Below, piece by piece: positions 53,029-63,757 of a stretch of DNA of 64,000 bases. The position numbers and the translations under genes are program-made. The notes below the pieces were generated by a model. It was not told the origin of the DNA and searched no databases. It saw only the letters and a list, made by a program, of their open reading frames with translations. The stretch comes from Sporopachydermia quercuum (Eukaryota): the NCBI GenBank assembly GCA_001599295.1, contig BCGN01000009.1, positions 850,413 to 914,412 on the forward strand, given 5' to 3'. Positions within the stretch are counted from its first letter, which is position 1; each line of letters begins with the position of its first letter.

Positions 53029-54642
53029 CTAGTCAACTATATCTGCAGTGCTGGTAGACTCTAGGGGTTGCTGGCCTCGAGATTGTTCTACAGTAGATTG
53101 CTGGGAACCATCTTCAATATCATAAGCCTCAATTTCTTTTTCTAATTCTTTCTTCTTGTTTTCCCACTCCTTCATATCGTAAATCTTTTCTTCAACGCTC
53201 AATACTCCACATTGATCGAAAACGTGAAGCATATTTTCCGCTTCTTCAACAGTCATTTCACCCAAGATTTTGTTGATCTCATCTAAACTTCCAGTTTCGA
53301 TTGCTTTTCGCATATTTTCTGGTACTTCATTTTGATATATCTCCCAAACTTCTTTGCTATTAGAATCAGGAATATTAACCTGAATCGTGGTATTCGGATC
53401 AACTGGATGTAGCTGAATTTGCTCAACTTCTTCAACATCGCCGTCAGAGGAATTCTTCTGCTCTTCGCGAAGTATTTTACATCTGTTTACAATATGATTC
53501 GTAGTAAATTTCACATCTTCTTGGAACGCCTTTTTAGCAGGATGATCTGGTTCTAGCAAACGCATGAACAACATTGTGATACCCTGCTCTGACCCACCAA
53601 GTTGAGCAGCATACTGTAATAAAAGAGCTTGATGAACAATAGCAATTGTTCGAGCATGATCATTATCTAATTCCGCATCAAAAGCTGTCATGATCAAGGC
53701 ATCTTTCTGATTTTCAGTAGCAATTTCGGGATGCTTTGTCAAGAATTTCAAACTTGATCTATAGTCCGTTCGAGGTATATGTGAGAACTCTAGAGTTGTA
53801 GGTAATAAAGTAAGATCTGTGGCATCAAGCATTGACTTTCTGTTGGATTTACCTTTGGTGCTAGTGGAACCTGTGAAAGAACCGACATTGGTTTCTGTTG
53901 ATTTTGTTATTCTATTAGAATCATCTGATGGCTCTAAATTTGTCGAGGAAGCTGGAGTAGAGATGTTCTTATCAGTTGATGACGCTCGTGTGCTTCCAGA
54001 TGATGACGCAGTAGGCGTGGTACTGGATGCCGGCTTTGAAGTTTCCGATGGGGAAGAGGACAGTTTCTCCTTGTTTAAAGAAGAATAGTCGAAACCGGTA
54101 TGAATATCATCAACAGTAATGTGAGCTTGCTTTTCTTCCTCCAATTCAGCTAAATGCTTTCTACGTTTCTCAAGCGTCTCAACAACCTTTTCCAAATGAT
54201 TTTTGAGCTGCCGCTTAAACTCTTTCCCTTTGCCATCCGGAGGTGCTTGTTTCAATTTCTCTGATTCTGATACTTGTGTCAAAAGGTCTTCCATCATTTC
54301 CATATAGCTTAACTCGTCCTCAACTTTTGGTGCACCTGTTCGATCAATATTCTCCCTAGGAAACTTCTCATCGGCCTCTTTCAATAGTTTTTTCTGAACA
54401 GCTTCATCAGTTAGGCTTTCATTTGATGCCAATAGAAAGTTGATTCTTTTCTCCAGATTGCAATACATAGGAATTTCATATGTCTTGTAGTGAAGTATTG
54501 TTGCATCTCTTTGGGCCCTTTTCTCGTGTATATCTCTCTGTTTCCATCGAATAAAAGACTGTTTGTCAACATTTGGATGGACCTCAATATCTGAATCATC
54601 AGATAGTTCGATCTTGTCCCATTTTGAATAATCCAAACCCAT
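53029..54642 (-). CDS. CDC37: Hsp90 kinase co-chaperone Cdc37
   Basis: Real start MGLDYSKWDKIELSDDSDIEVHPNVDKQSFIRWKQ at 54642; C-terminal STADIVD. Confidence 0.96.
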   Translation of the reverse strand: MGLDYSKWDKIELSDDSDIEVHPNVDKQSFIRWKQRDIHEKRAQRDATILHYKTYEIPMYCNLEKRINFLLASNESLTDEAVQKKLLKEADEKFPRENIDRTGAPKVEDELSYMEMMEDLLTQVSESEKLKQAPPDGKGKEFKRQLKNHLEKVVETLEKRRKHLAELEEEKQAHITVDDIHTGFDYSSLNKEKLSSSPSETSKPASSTTPTASSSGSTRASSTDKNISTPASSTNLEPSDDSNRITKSTETNVGSFTGSTSTKGKSNRKSMLDATDLTLLPTTLEFSHIPRTDYRSSLKFLTKHPEIATENQKDALIMTAFDAELDNDHARTIAIVHQALLLQYAAQLGGSEQGITMLFMRLLEPDHPAKKAFQEDVKFTTNHIVNRCKILREEQKNSSDGDVEEVEQIQLHPVDPNTTIQVNIPDSNSKEVWEIYQNEVPENMRKAIETGSLDEINKILGEMTVEEAENMLHVFDQCGVLSVEEKIYDMKEWENKKKELEKEIEAYDIEDGSQQSTVEQSRGQQPLESTSTADIVD

Positions 54643-54936
54643 AGTAACTATGTTCAAACCACAGATTATGAGCACACACGATCCACTGTTTCCAACTGTA
54701 GTGCAAGGGAAATAACTTAGTACTCTGAAATAAAAGAATTATTTCTTAGAATCAACACTCTGTTCAAAATTATTTATGAAAATAGAAAATTAACAATTCT
54801 GTAAATCATCTTATATTATGAAATAAGGATCAACATGATCATCGTCAATTCGTGGCACTTGTTAATTGCAGCGTGGAACTCATCATGAACAAGAACTATA
54901 CTTACACGTGATGCAATTGATTTGAGACACCTGACA

Positions 54937-54951
54937 AGAAGATTCGAGAAT
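54937..54951. promoter_or_regulatory. Perfect 3-unit heat shock element upstream of CDC37
   Basis: aGAAgaTTCgaGAAt about 300 bp upstream of the ATG. Confidence 0.7.
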
Positions 54952-57610
54952 ATAACCCGGTCTATATATAGGTATGAATATGTTTACATAATCANAAAGA
55001 AAGGTCTCCTTTCAAATATTCGTTACAGGTAATGGGACAGTTTGAGAAGTATGGATTAGCAGTTAGAAGGAAGGAAGGAAGAAAATATTAAATGGACTGA
55101 TACTGATACACATGGAATTGATAGCGGCTCAGAGTTCAGATAAGCCCGCAAAAGAAAATAGAAGAGATTAGATTCAACCGTTATGTAATTAAATTGAAAT
55201 TGTCTAAATCTCTCGATTTTACCCCAGTCTTTTGTTGATATTTTTGAATCTTCGGATGAGAAAGAGAGAATTAATCTCATTTGACTCTGAGAGTAAAACT
55301 CTCAGAGCCAGAGACATCTTCAAATAAACTTGTAACCTATTTTGAAGAGTTCCAAAAGTATTTAGAAATTTCACCCTTGGGGAAGGAAATGATCTTAATC
55401 GAGAACAAAATTGGTTCCTACGTTACCTTTATTGCGGGCCTCTCTATGTTCATGTAAACAGTGTAACAAAATAGACTATACTTCGGATAACGTTATGACC
55501 TCAGGACTGGAGATTTGACTGATGAAGAAAAAGAAACCCTAGCTAATTTTGATGAAATCTACAAGTGAATCAATTTGGCAAGTTCAAAACACAAATTATG
55601 GTTATCATTGTTCACCCAAAGATGACATCTTGGCTATTATTCAGAGAGGTAGCGTAGCATATGAAGGAAGCTGAAGAAAATATATATATAGAAGGATTAG
55701 ATCAACAATTGCAACTTACATAACCTCCTAACTAACTTCATTATCTTTAACAAGTATGTTTTGGTTCTTTTTCTTTTTCTGTCGCGTTTCATATATTCAA
55801 CCCGTCAAGCTTTCCCTATATACAATTTCTTTCAGTGTTTTTTGCAGGNATGAAATTGCCCAAATCATGTTCCTCACGCCGTAAGAAGATCCTTGTTAAA
55901 ACTCATAATGAAGCAAAACAAGGATGTCTTTAAATAATGAGTTCTCGATTCTCATGAATTCAAGCATTATTTTTTCATACCTTTCTCTATCTTTTCAATC
56001 AACAGCTCTTAGAGTTTCGAGGACTCCGAAACTTTTCCCACTGATCGATCTGATAACTCTTATACATGGAAATTAAAGTTTAACTTTCACTCTCTGAAAT
56101 CTTTAACTTTAACCCCTATTCATCCTTTCAATTCTAATCAAACAATGGAAAATATCCCTAGAGTTAGTAAAGTAAAGATCGAGTGAGTCATTTTTAATAA
56201 TCAAGATGGTTTGATTAAGTATAGAAAGAAAGATGAAGAAAATTTCAAAGCTGCAGCTGTGAAACATGTATTACACGAAAACTTTTCAGGATCGGACAAT
56301 CAGAACATGCCGTACATACAAACCAGGTGGGAACCCTCAAATCTCAAGCATGTGGCTTTGTTGGGATCATGCAAGGGTAGTTAATCCTCGGAGATATATA
56401 TTATTTATAATGATCTATATATATATAATATGTAATTGAAACTCAGCTGTACTTAAGATAATTTCTATATTTCATATAAACTGTATTGTCTTGTGTTTTT
56501 CAAGAGCACTGTCATCTAGCCATCATTGATGTCAAATCTTGAACCTCCGGCAATTCCCAGAATTACCTACCTTCAACTTGATATCTCTTTTCTTTGTAGG
56601 TAGAGAGAGAGATAATAAACAGATATTTCTTTTTAGCTAGGCTCAAGCCTTCATATCCTCTAGATACAATCTTTTAATTTCAAATGATCCCTGCCAGTTG
56701 AAACGACTAGCCCCTGATAATAACTCTCAACAAATTAAATGCCTAGAGACCAATCTGCAGTTTATAGTTTCGTTATTTCTCCTTTTCTTCAATTAAACTG
56801 CCGTTTTGGGAATGCCCGCAGGAAACTTATGATTCCCAATGAATGATTTCCATAGAAACTTCTTAGAATCTACACTCTGAGAAAGTATTTATTAGTCTAG
56901 AACAGAGGAAAGATCAAACTATGGGTCGAAGAAGTACTAAATATAGAACATACTCAATGGTTGAAGTAAGAAATTCCATGGTTATTTATTATTTAACACA
57001 AGCCATTTTAGTAGTTAATACTTCCACTATAATGAAAATCTGGAGGTAATACATAACAAGGTTCAATGCTAAGAATCGTAAATACTAGGTACCAACAAAA
57101 GTTTTCAAGAGGCGAACACAACTTCTATTAATCCTTCCTTGTAGAAATTAGAGAGCTGAATTGTAACTAATTCAAACACAATTGTTTTTATATATTATAG
57201 AGGCTGACATTCAAGCCTTCGATAATCGTGATTCAACCGCCATTGCATGAAGCTGTTATGATTTCTAAATATAACGAACGTTAACCAAAGTTTTTAAACA
57301 GAGTTTAACTTCAAGAAGCTTCACAGCGAAATTCAAGAACGGTATGCCAACTTAAATAAAGTTCTAATTGAATTAAACCGCTCGTTTTTTCTTTCTTTCT
57401 CCCAAACAATACTGATGTCCAAGGAAATACTAAGTGTAAATACTGAGAATGTTATAAAAAGAATGTTATAAAATGGGGCAATTCCCCGTGGGTGACATAG
57501 GATAGTACTAACACAATTTTTTCTCTCATATTATGCTTTCAATCGTTTTGTAGATCATCAACCAAATTTTAGTCACTCGCTATAACTAATTGTTTCAGAC
57601 GATAATCAAA

Positions 57611-58384
57611 ATGGTTTCTTTCACCTCTGCTACTATTGCCGGCGCTGCTCTCGTTGCTGCTGCCTCTGCCACTGCCATTCCTCAAGCTACTTATCAATGT
57701 CATGCTGCTTGTGGTTACGCTATCTTGGCCGCTCAAGACTGTTCCGACACTTCATGTTACTGTGATGATGGTACCACCTTCATGCAAAATATCCCTGCTT
57801 GTTTAGACTGCGGTTGGTGTTTGTACGAGGATTACTATCCCTCTTTACAACCTTTCTTGGAAGCTTGTGGTCTCCCAACTGAACCTACTGGTACCACATG
57901 TAAGACTGAGGCTGTTGAAGAAACCTCAGCTGCCGAAGAAACTTCTGAAGCCCCTGCTGCCGAGGAAACCACTGAAGCCCCTGCTGCTGAAGAAACCTCT
58001 GAAGCCCCTGCTGCTGAAGAAACTTCTGAAGCCCCTGCTGCCGAGGAAACCACTGAAGCCCCTGCTGCTGAAGAAACCTCAGCTGCCGAAGAAACCTCTG
58101 CAGCTCCTGTCACTACTGCTCCCACTGGTTACGGTAATGCTACTACTGTCACTGCCAACCCCACCTATACCAACACTTACACCGTCACTTCTTGCTCAGA
58201 TGTCTGCGATGTAGTTACCGTCACTACTACCTGGTGTCCTGTCAACAGCACTTCTACCTACCCAACTTCTACCGCTAGCAAGACCACCACTTCTCCTGTT
58301 GTTCCTACTGCCACTGGTGGTGCTGCAAAGGTTGCCATCGTTGGTGCTCCCGTCGTCTTGGGTATGGTCGCTATGTTGATCTAA
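57611..58384 (+). CDS. GPI-anchored cell-surface protein (Ihd1/Pga36-like Cys-rich domain)
   Basis: ATG at 57611; signal peptide; CHAACGYAIL...PACLDCGWCL...PTGTTC; Thr/Glu/Ala stalk; hydrophobic GPI tail; biased codons. Confidence 0.8.
   Translation: MVSFTSATIAGAALVAAASATAIPQATYQCHAACGYAILAAQDCSDTSCYCDDGTTFMQNIPACLDCGWCLYEDYYPSLQPFLEACGLPTEPTGTTCKTEAVEETSAAEETSEAPAAEETTEAPAAEETSEAPAAEETSEAPAAEETTEAPAAEETSAAEETSAAPVTTAPTGYGNATTVTANPTYTNTYTVTSCSDVCDVVTVTTTWCPVNSTSTYPTSTASKTTTSPVVPTATGGAAKVAIVGAPVVLGMVAMLI
57917..58103 (+). repeat. Intragenic 27-nt tandem repeat (EETS/TEAPAA) with shorter EETSAA units
   Basis: Five near-identical 9-codon units plus flanking 6-codon units. Confidence 0.92.
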
Positions 58385-60507
58385 ATCTAGTTCTGTGTTT
58401 ATAAGCACTGTATAATATTCGTCTCGGTGAATGCCCGATTAATGATTACTGTAGTTATGGTTTTTTATTGCGATCTGTAGTTAATTCCCAAGCTATATTA
58501 GTAATTTGTAGAGTTTTCACCCTTAGTACGTATTATGATTTTCATAGCCAATAGTACAAAATGCGGCATGGTCTTCAATTAAACAAAGGTTAATACTACT
58601 AATCACCTCTTTCCAATGATATTTTTATCTACCTTCTTTGGTCCAATTGCAATAGAGGCCTGCTACAACGATATCATTCAAGTTCATTCCATCTTTTCTA
58701 TTCAACGCATATTCACCGCTTCTCGACCCAACTACACTCAATAGCTACTGGTTTAAGTGATTTCCATCGTAGAAAATGCCCAATTGTTTGTTCCAAGTGT
58801 CACCTCGAATATGACAGTTAACTGATTTTCTACCATGATTAATAATAGTCAACGATTATTGAGTCGGTCTTGAAATCAGTTACTACTGTAATCAACGTAT
58901 TTCAACTACCAACATCGCACTTAATCTACTTGGTTCATTTATTACACATCTGTTCTGCGTTTACTCCGTTCTTTTTCATATCGCTTTTGCAGTACAACAA
59001 TTTCCTAAAGCAATAAGGTGCTCCGGTCGTTGATACTTATATATTACCTATTACGGAAACTGAAACCAATTAAAGTAACCGCGAAACTAGCTCATATCAC
59101 ATCATACATGATGTATACATTAAAATACATTTAAACGTATACAATATTGCTGCATAAGCATGTATAATTCATGTAGAAGAATCTTTTGATTAATCACTGT
59201 TGGAAAAAGAGTTCGGTTGACACATCAGTTTCCTGATTGAGATTTCTACAAGTACGATTACGTAGAATTACACCCGATGATTCATATCTACAGGACATAT
59301 TATTTTTTCGCCTATTATTACCTACAATATGGGCCTACACTACATAATTGTAATGACCTTTGGAAAATTTCATCAATTATCATATAAATGAAGAGTAATT
59401 GATAGTTTCAATAGAAGTGGAGAACTTATAGGATTGTGTCATTAAAATCATAATATAAATGAGCGAACAGTTTTTGAAGGTGTTGATTTCACCGTCGGGA
59501 GTCAGCTTCAAACTGTTAGCACTGTGATGAACCACCAGTTTATCATTTCACACAACAAATAAACAGGTAGATGTTAAGGTACTAAATATTGTCGGATTCT
59601 ATTCTCTCATATTTTGCATGGAATATTGTAGCGTAACTACCCATTAGATCACCACTGTGTGCCTGACTTTTGACTAGGTAATAGATAAAGTTATACAACC
59701 ATCCTTATTAGGAAAGATTTGATAGCAGCTTTAAATTAAAGTTTGCATAAAAGATAAACAGCGATGAACAGAAGATCAATTCATCATAGAAACAGATCAT
59801 TTCCATCTCGCTGTGTTCTCCACCAGAAATCAGTTATGGTAGAATGATAAATCAAATAAAACATTAGCTTCTTGGAAATCACCATTGAGTAAGATTACCT
59901 CATGACTGTAATTGAAATAAGAAACGGTCCCTAAAAGTGCAGGGAATTAGAGTTACTAGGGAGATCCTACACATTTGGTGGTAACACAACTGATGGAAAA
60001 TCAGACATAAAAGAACGGCTTACCATATCTTGATCAGTTGAATATTGGTTATAGCACAGTGTTAAGTAGCAAGGAGAATATCTGAAATAGAGATAATCAT
60101 TGGAATGCAGAATTAATGGTTTGATCTTTCATAATTTTGTTTGTCATATATAATCTTGCTTATTAGCACTTTGGTGTTTAATTGGTTCCAGTACTCGTTT
60201 TGATCTAAACCTACGTTTTCTTCTCAGTCATTATTAATTAGAGCTTTTCAACTACCTAATTATCAGAATTTTCCAAAAGCGCTAAGAAAGCCTTATAATT
60301 TTCCAGCTTAGATTTTGTCAACTTTGCCNCCTACACATGAGAGTACTATTATATCAATAGAAAAAGCAACATAAGAATTCGAGTGATCCAATAGATCTAT
60401 ATAAATATCCCGTCTACACAAGCTTGTTTACCTCATAACTGACTTTAGACAGATTATACAATACCCAATAATTCAACAAACAAACGTATCACAATATAAA
60501 AACAGAA

Positions 60508-61971
60508 ATGATAATGGATCAAAAACTGACGGGTCCTTTGATCCAAACAACTATCATTGCATGCATTAGCACACTACAATTTGGTTACCACTTAGCTGAA
60601 TTAAATGCACCAGAAGCAATATTATCATGCCAGTCAAACGTACCTGGTCCTTCAACAGATTATGACTCTACATTTTTCGGTCGCAGAAACTTGGCCCAAT
60701 GTATACCTATGAACGATAACGGTGTTGGGGCTATGGTTTCGATGTTTTCTCTAGGTGGTTTGATAAGTTCAATGATTGCTGGTTCACTATCTAATAAGTA
60801 CGGTAGAAGAAGAGTATCAGTCATAAACTGTATTAATTTCATGCTCGGTCCTCTGATAATGACATTCTCTAACTCTTTGGTCATGATCTGTATTGGAAGA
60901 TTCATTTCTGGCCTTGCTGCTGGTGCAAGTTTAGTTACTGTCCCAGTATATGTTAACGAAATAAGTCCCCATTGTCAAAGAGGGCTTCTAGGTGCTATGG
61001 TACAGCTATCTGTAAATGCTGGTATGCTGCTAGCCCAATTGCTAAGTCTGGCGTACTCGAACAACGAACAATGGCGATATATTCTGCTGGCAGGATTTGT
61101 AATTGCTGTTATTAACTTCCTGCTTCTTTTGACTAATGTCGAATCACCCAAGTGGCTAACGAAACAAGGGAAATTCGATGAAGCAAAGATAACTTTAGAA
61201 TACCTACGTCAAGAAACCAATGTCTTCCATGAAATAGAACACTGGGGAAAAACAGAAGCTGATGAAACAACTAGTTTATTAGAAAGTACTACTTCTTCTT
61301 CAGGTTTTAGAAGAAACTCAATAAATCCATCGACAATATCTCCTTTTGATTTCCTGCTAAGCAAAAAGTTTAGAAAGTCCGCTATTGTTGTTATTGGTGT
61401 TATGTCAGCACAACAACTCACAGGTATGAACTCAATTACGTTTTACGGAGTTTCTGTTCTGGCAAAAATTGTACCCGACTATGCAGTAATTCTCAACTGT
61501 TTCATAACTTTTGTTGGTTTAGTAACAAATGCTCTGGTTTCTCCCTTTGTTGATAGACTAGGCAGAAAACCATTCTTATTATTATCGCTTGGTATCATGG
61601 GAACATCTGCTTGTTTTATGTCCATTGGTATTTTGAACAACTTTCAAATACTGTGTGCATTATCTACATTAACATTTGTCTCTGCATTTTCAATTGGTCT
61701 GGGTCCAATTCCCTCACTTCTTATTCCTGAAGTAACAAAGCACACCGCTGTATCATCAGCACAGTCCGTTGGGATGATCGCCAATTGGATATCTACTATT
61801 TCTATTGGATATCTTTTTCCTATTGTTAACTCTTACCTTGGTGGCTATGTATACTTGATTTTTGCAGGTATTGCGGCTGTGTACTTTCTTTTCGTGGTGG
61901 AGTTCGTTCCCGAAACCAAAGGTAAGCTTACATACGAAGAAGTATGGAACTTATCAATTATCGATATGTGA
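60508..61971 (+). CDS. MFS sugar-porter family transporter (Vps73/YBR241C-like)
   Basis: LQFGYHLAELNAP, GRR, ESPKWL, QQLTGMN, DRLGRK, PETKG; about 12 TM. Confidence 0.88.
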   Translation: MIMDQKLTGPLIQTTIIACISTLQFGYHLAELNAPEAILSCQSNVPGPSTDYDSTFFGRRNLAQCIPMNDNGVGAMVSMFSLGGLISSMIAGSLSNKYGRRRVSVINCINFMLGPLIMTFSNSLVMICIGRFISGLAAGASLVTVPVYVNEISPHCQRGLLGAMVQLSVNAGMLLAQLLSLAYSNNEQWRYILLAGFVIAVINFLLLLTNVESPKWLTKQGKFDEAKITLEYLRQETNVFHEIEHWGKTEADETTSLLESTTSSSGFRRNSINPSTISPFDFLLSKKFRKSAIVVIGVMSAQQLTGMNSITFYGVSVLAKIVPDYAVILNCFITFVGLVTNALVSPFVDRLGRKPFLLLSLGIMGTSACFMSIGILNNFQILCALSTLTFVSAFSIGLGPIPSLLIPEVTKHTAVSSAQSVGMIANWISTISIGYLFPIVNSYLGGYVYLIFAGIAAVYFLFVVEFVPETKGKLTYEEVWNLSIIDM

Positions 61972-62205
61972 GCCTGTTGAAAATTCGATGTTACTATGAT
62001 ACCTATTTGAGAATCAAAAGTTCATGCAGAGCGCCACTGCTATCAATAATCTTCACAGCTTTGCATCTTTTCTTTTTCTTACTTACCATTCGCACGTTCA
62101 TATAAATTGCATTTCTACTTAAAATATTAAATCAACTACTAAATGAACCCNGTCAGAAACCAATNAATGCGTAGAAACATACTATCGAATCAGTGTATCC
62201 TTCTA

Positions 62206-63011
62206 TTAATATGTCTTTGTTCCTAATCTAACCCAATCGCCTGCTGGACCTTCACAACTCATTAGTTTAATCACTCCAGAGTTCCACTGCAATGCCGGAC
62301 CTATTAGTTCTCCGTCATCTGCCACCGTAGTTCCAAGGAAATCAGACACACGGGACATTACTGTACTTCTAGTTGACTCTGGTACTGGATAAGTATTTGA
62401 ATAAGCCAATGATAAATGAGGATCGAAATCAGCTACCCATTTGTCGGCCTTTTCAGCAGCTGTCAATTTGTCTTCTTCAGATCTCCCGTATACCAATACT
62501 TCACGACATATTCTTGCCAAAGATACCAATTCAGGACTTGGCTCACAGGCTAGAAATATTTTCTTGAAGTAGCGGGGACCGAATTTCACCAGATTCATTT
62601 TCACAGGAAGGTTCCTCACCGCCTGGATAGCAGCGACCGTTTCATCTAAGATTAAGTCAATCTCTTGCTGTAGACTTGGTGTAGATGCTAAAATGTCTTC
62701 CAGTAGCTCTGGTGATAATGGCTCTTTTAATTGATTCAGAATGGTGTTTAATGTCTGTATTTGAATACTAGTAGTAATGGTAACATGTGGCTCAAATTCC
62801 ACTCCATCAACAAATAAAGGTTTTAACGAGCTTATAAGTGACTGAAGAGTTCTATATAGATTACTCTCTGGTATTGGCTGAAGCCATAAAGCAATAGCTG
62901 TAAGTATTATAATCCAATGTTAGTATACATTCAGCTAGAAACAAAATAACATATTCCAGTTCAATAGCAATACACTACCATCACGTTTTATCATTTCCTA
63001 TACTCACACAT
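62206..63011 (-). CDS. CPD1: 2H cyclic phosphodiesterase, 2 exons: 63011-63008, 62897-62206
   Basis: Spliced MSIALWLQP...FEPHVTIT...FDPHLSLAYS...CEGP; two HxT/S motifs; intron GTGAGT...TACTAAC...CAG; 696 nt in frame. Confidence 0.9.
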
Positions 63012-63458
63012 TGTGATTTATTTCAACTCTCGTGAAAAAGATCCAAATGAACCTGGCAAATTCATCGATTTTATCTATTTCAATTGAAGCCTCTCTATAT
63101 TCTAAGTACGTTGAAATGCTTGAAAAGAAACAATTTATTCTACCTAACCTCAACTGTTATACCCCCGTTTAGTAGTTGTTACCGTATATCATCATATTCG
63201 TTTAATAGAAGATCATATTGATAGTGATAGCAGAGCCACTCGTCCCAAAATAGGGGACTTCTATAAACGGAAATCTATTAGCAGTTTAATACATGTCTCA
63301 TAACAGGGTAGATGGAATCAGCGTATAGGCATGAGGATGAAGGCAGAGACAGAGGAATTAGAGAAAGAAGACAAAATCAATACAACTATCAACGCAACGC
63401 AACGCCTTTTAGTGTAGTAGGAACTATTATTTTAGCCTGAATGTTTATATTGTTCACT

Positions 63459-63757
63459 TTAGATCAACTACGCTCCTCTTGCATAGGACAGAGAAAACAA
63501 TAGATTGTTTCTTTGTCCTATTTACAAGAGATGATGCGCTATTCTCTATAACTCATAACCATAAAGAGGCGTAGTCTACATACAATTGTTGTCTAACTGG
63601 GACTACAGGATCGGGATATCTTGTTTAATCAATTCTCTCCAGACTATAAAATCCATCTCCAGCATTAAATGAAAAAGAAAGAAATGAGCTAAAAATACAC
63701 TCGTCCGTCCCAACTCCACCATGCCAGAATTGATTAAAATGTAATCACATTCTGGCA
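63459..63757 (+). ncRNA. Candidate structured non-coding RNA (family unknown)
   Basis: Several nested and adjacent stems (see findings), G-U pairs favouring the + strand, no ORF. Confidence 0.3.

Noticed and set aside
57506..57553. TACTAAC...TAG upstream of the GPI gene as a 5'-UTR intron
   Set aside because: Spacing of about 41 nt is unlike other introns here, and no good donor lies downstream of the TATA boxes
57835..58408. Alternative-frame and antisense ORFs over the GPI gene
   Set aside because: By-products of stop-free tandem repeats and codon bias; the same applies to short ORFs nested in FKS1, NEO1, GAT1 and CDC37
63160..63262. Minus-strand GAAGTCCCC and AAACGGGGG resembling RNase MRP CR-I/CR-V
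   Set aside because: Imperfect matches only about 90 nt apart, too close for MRP
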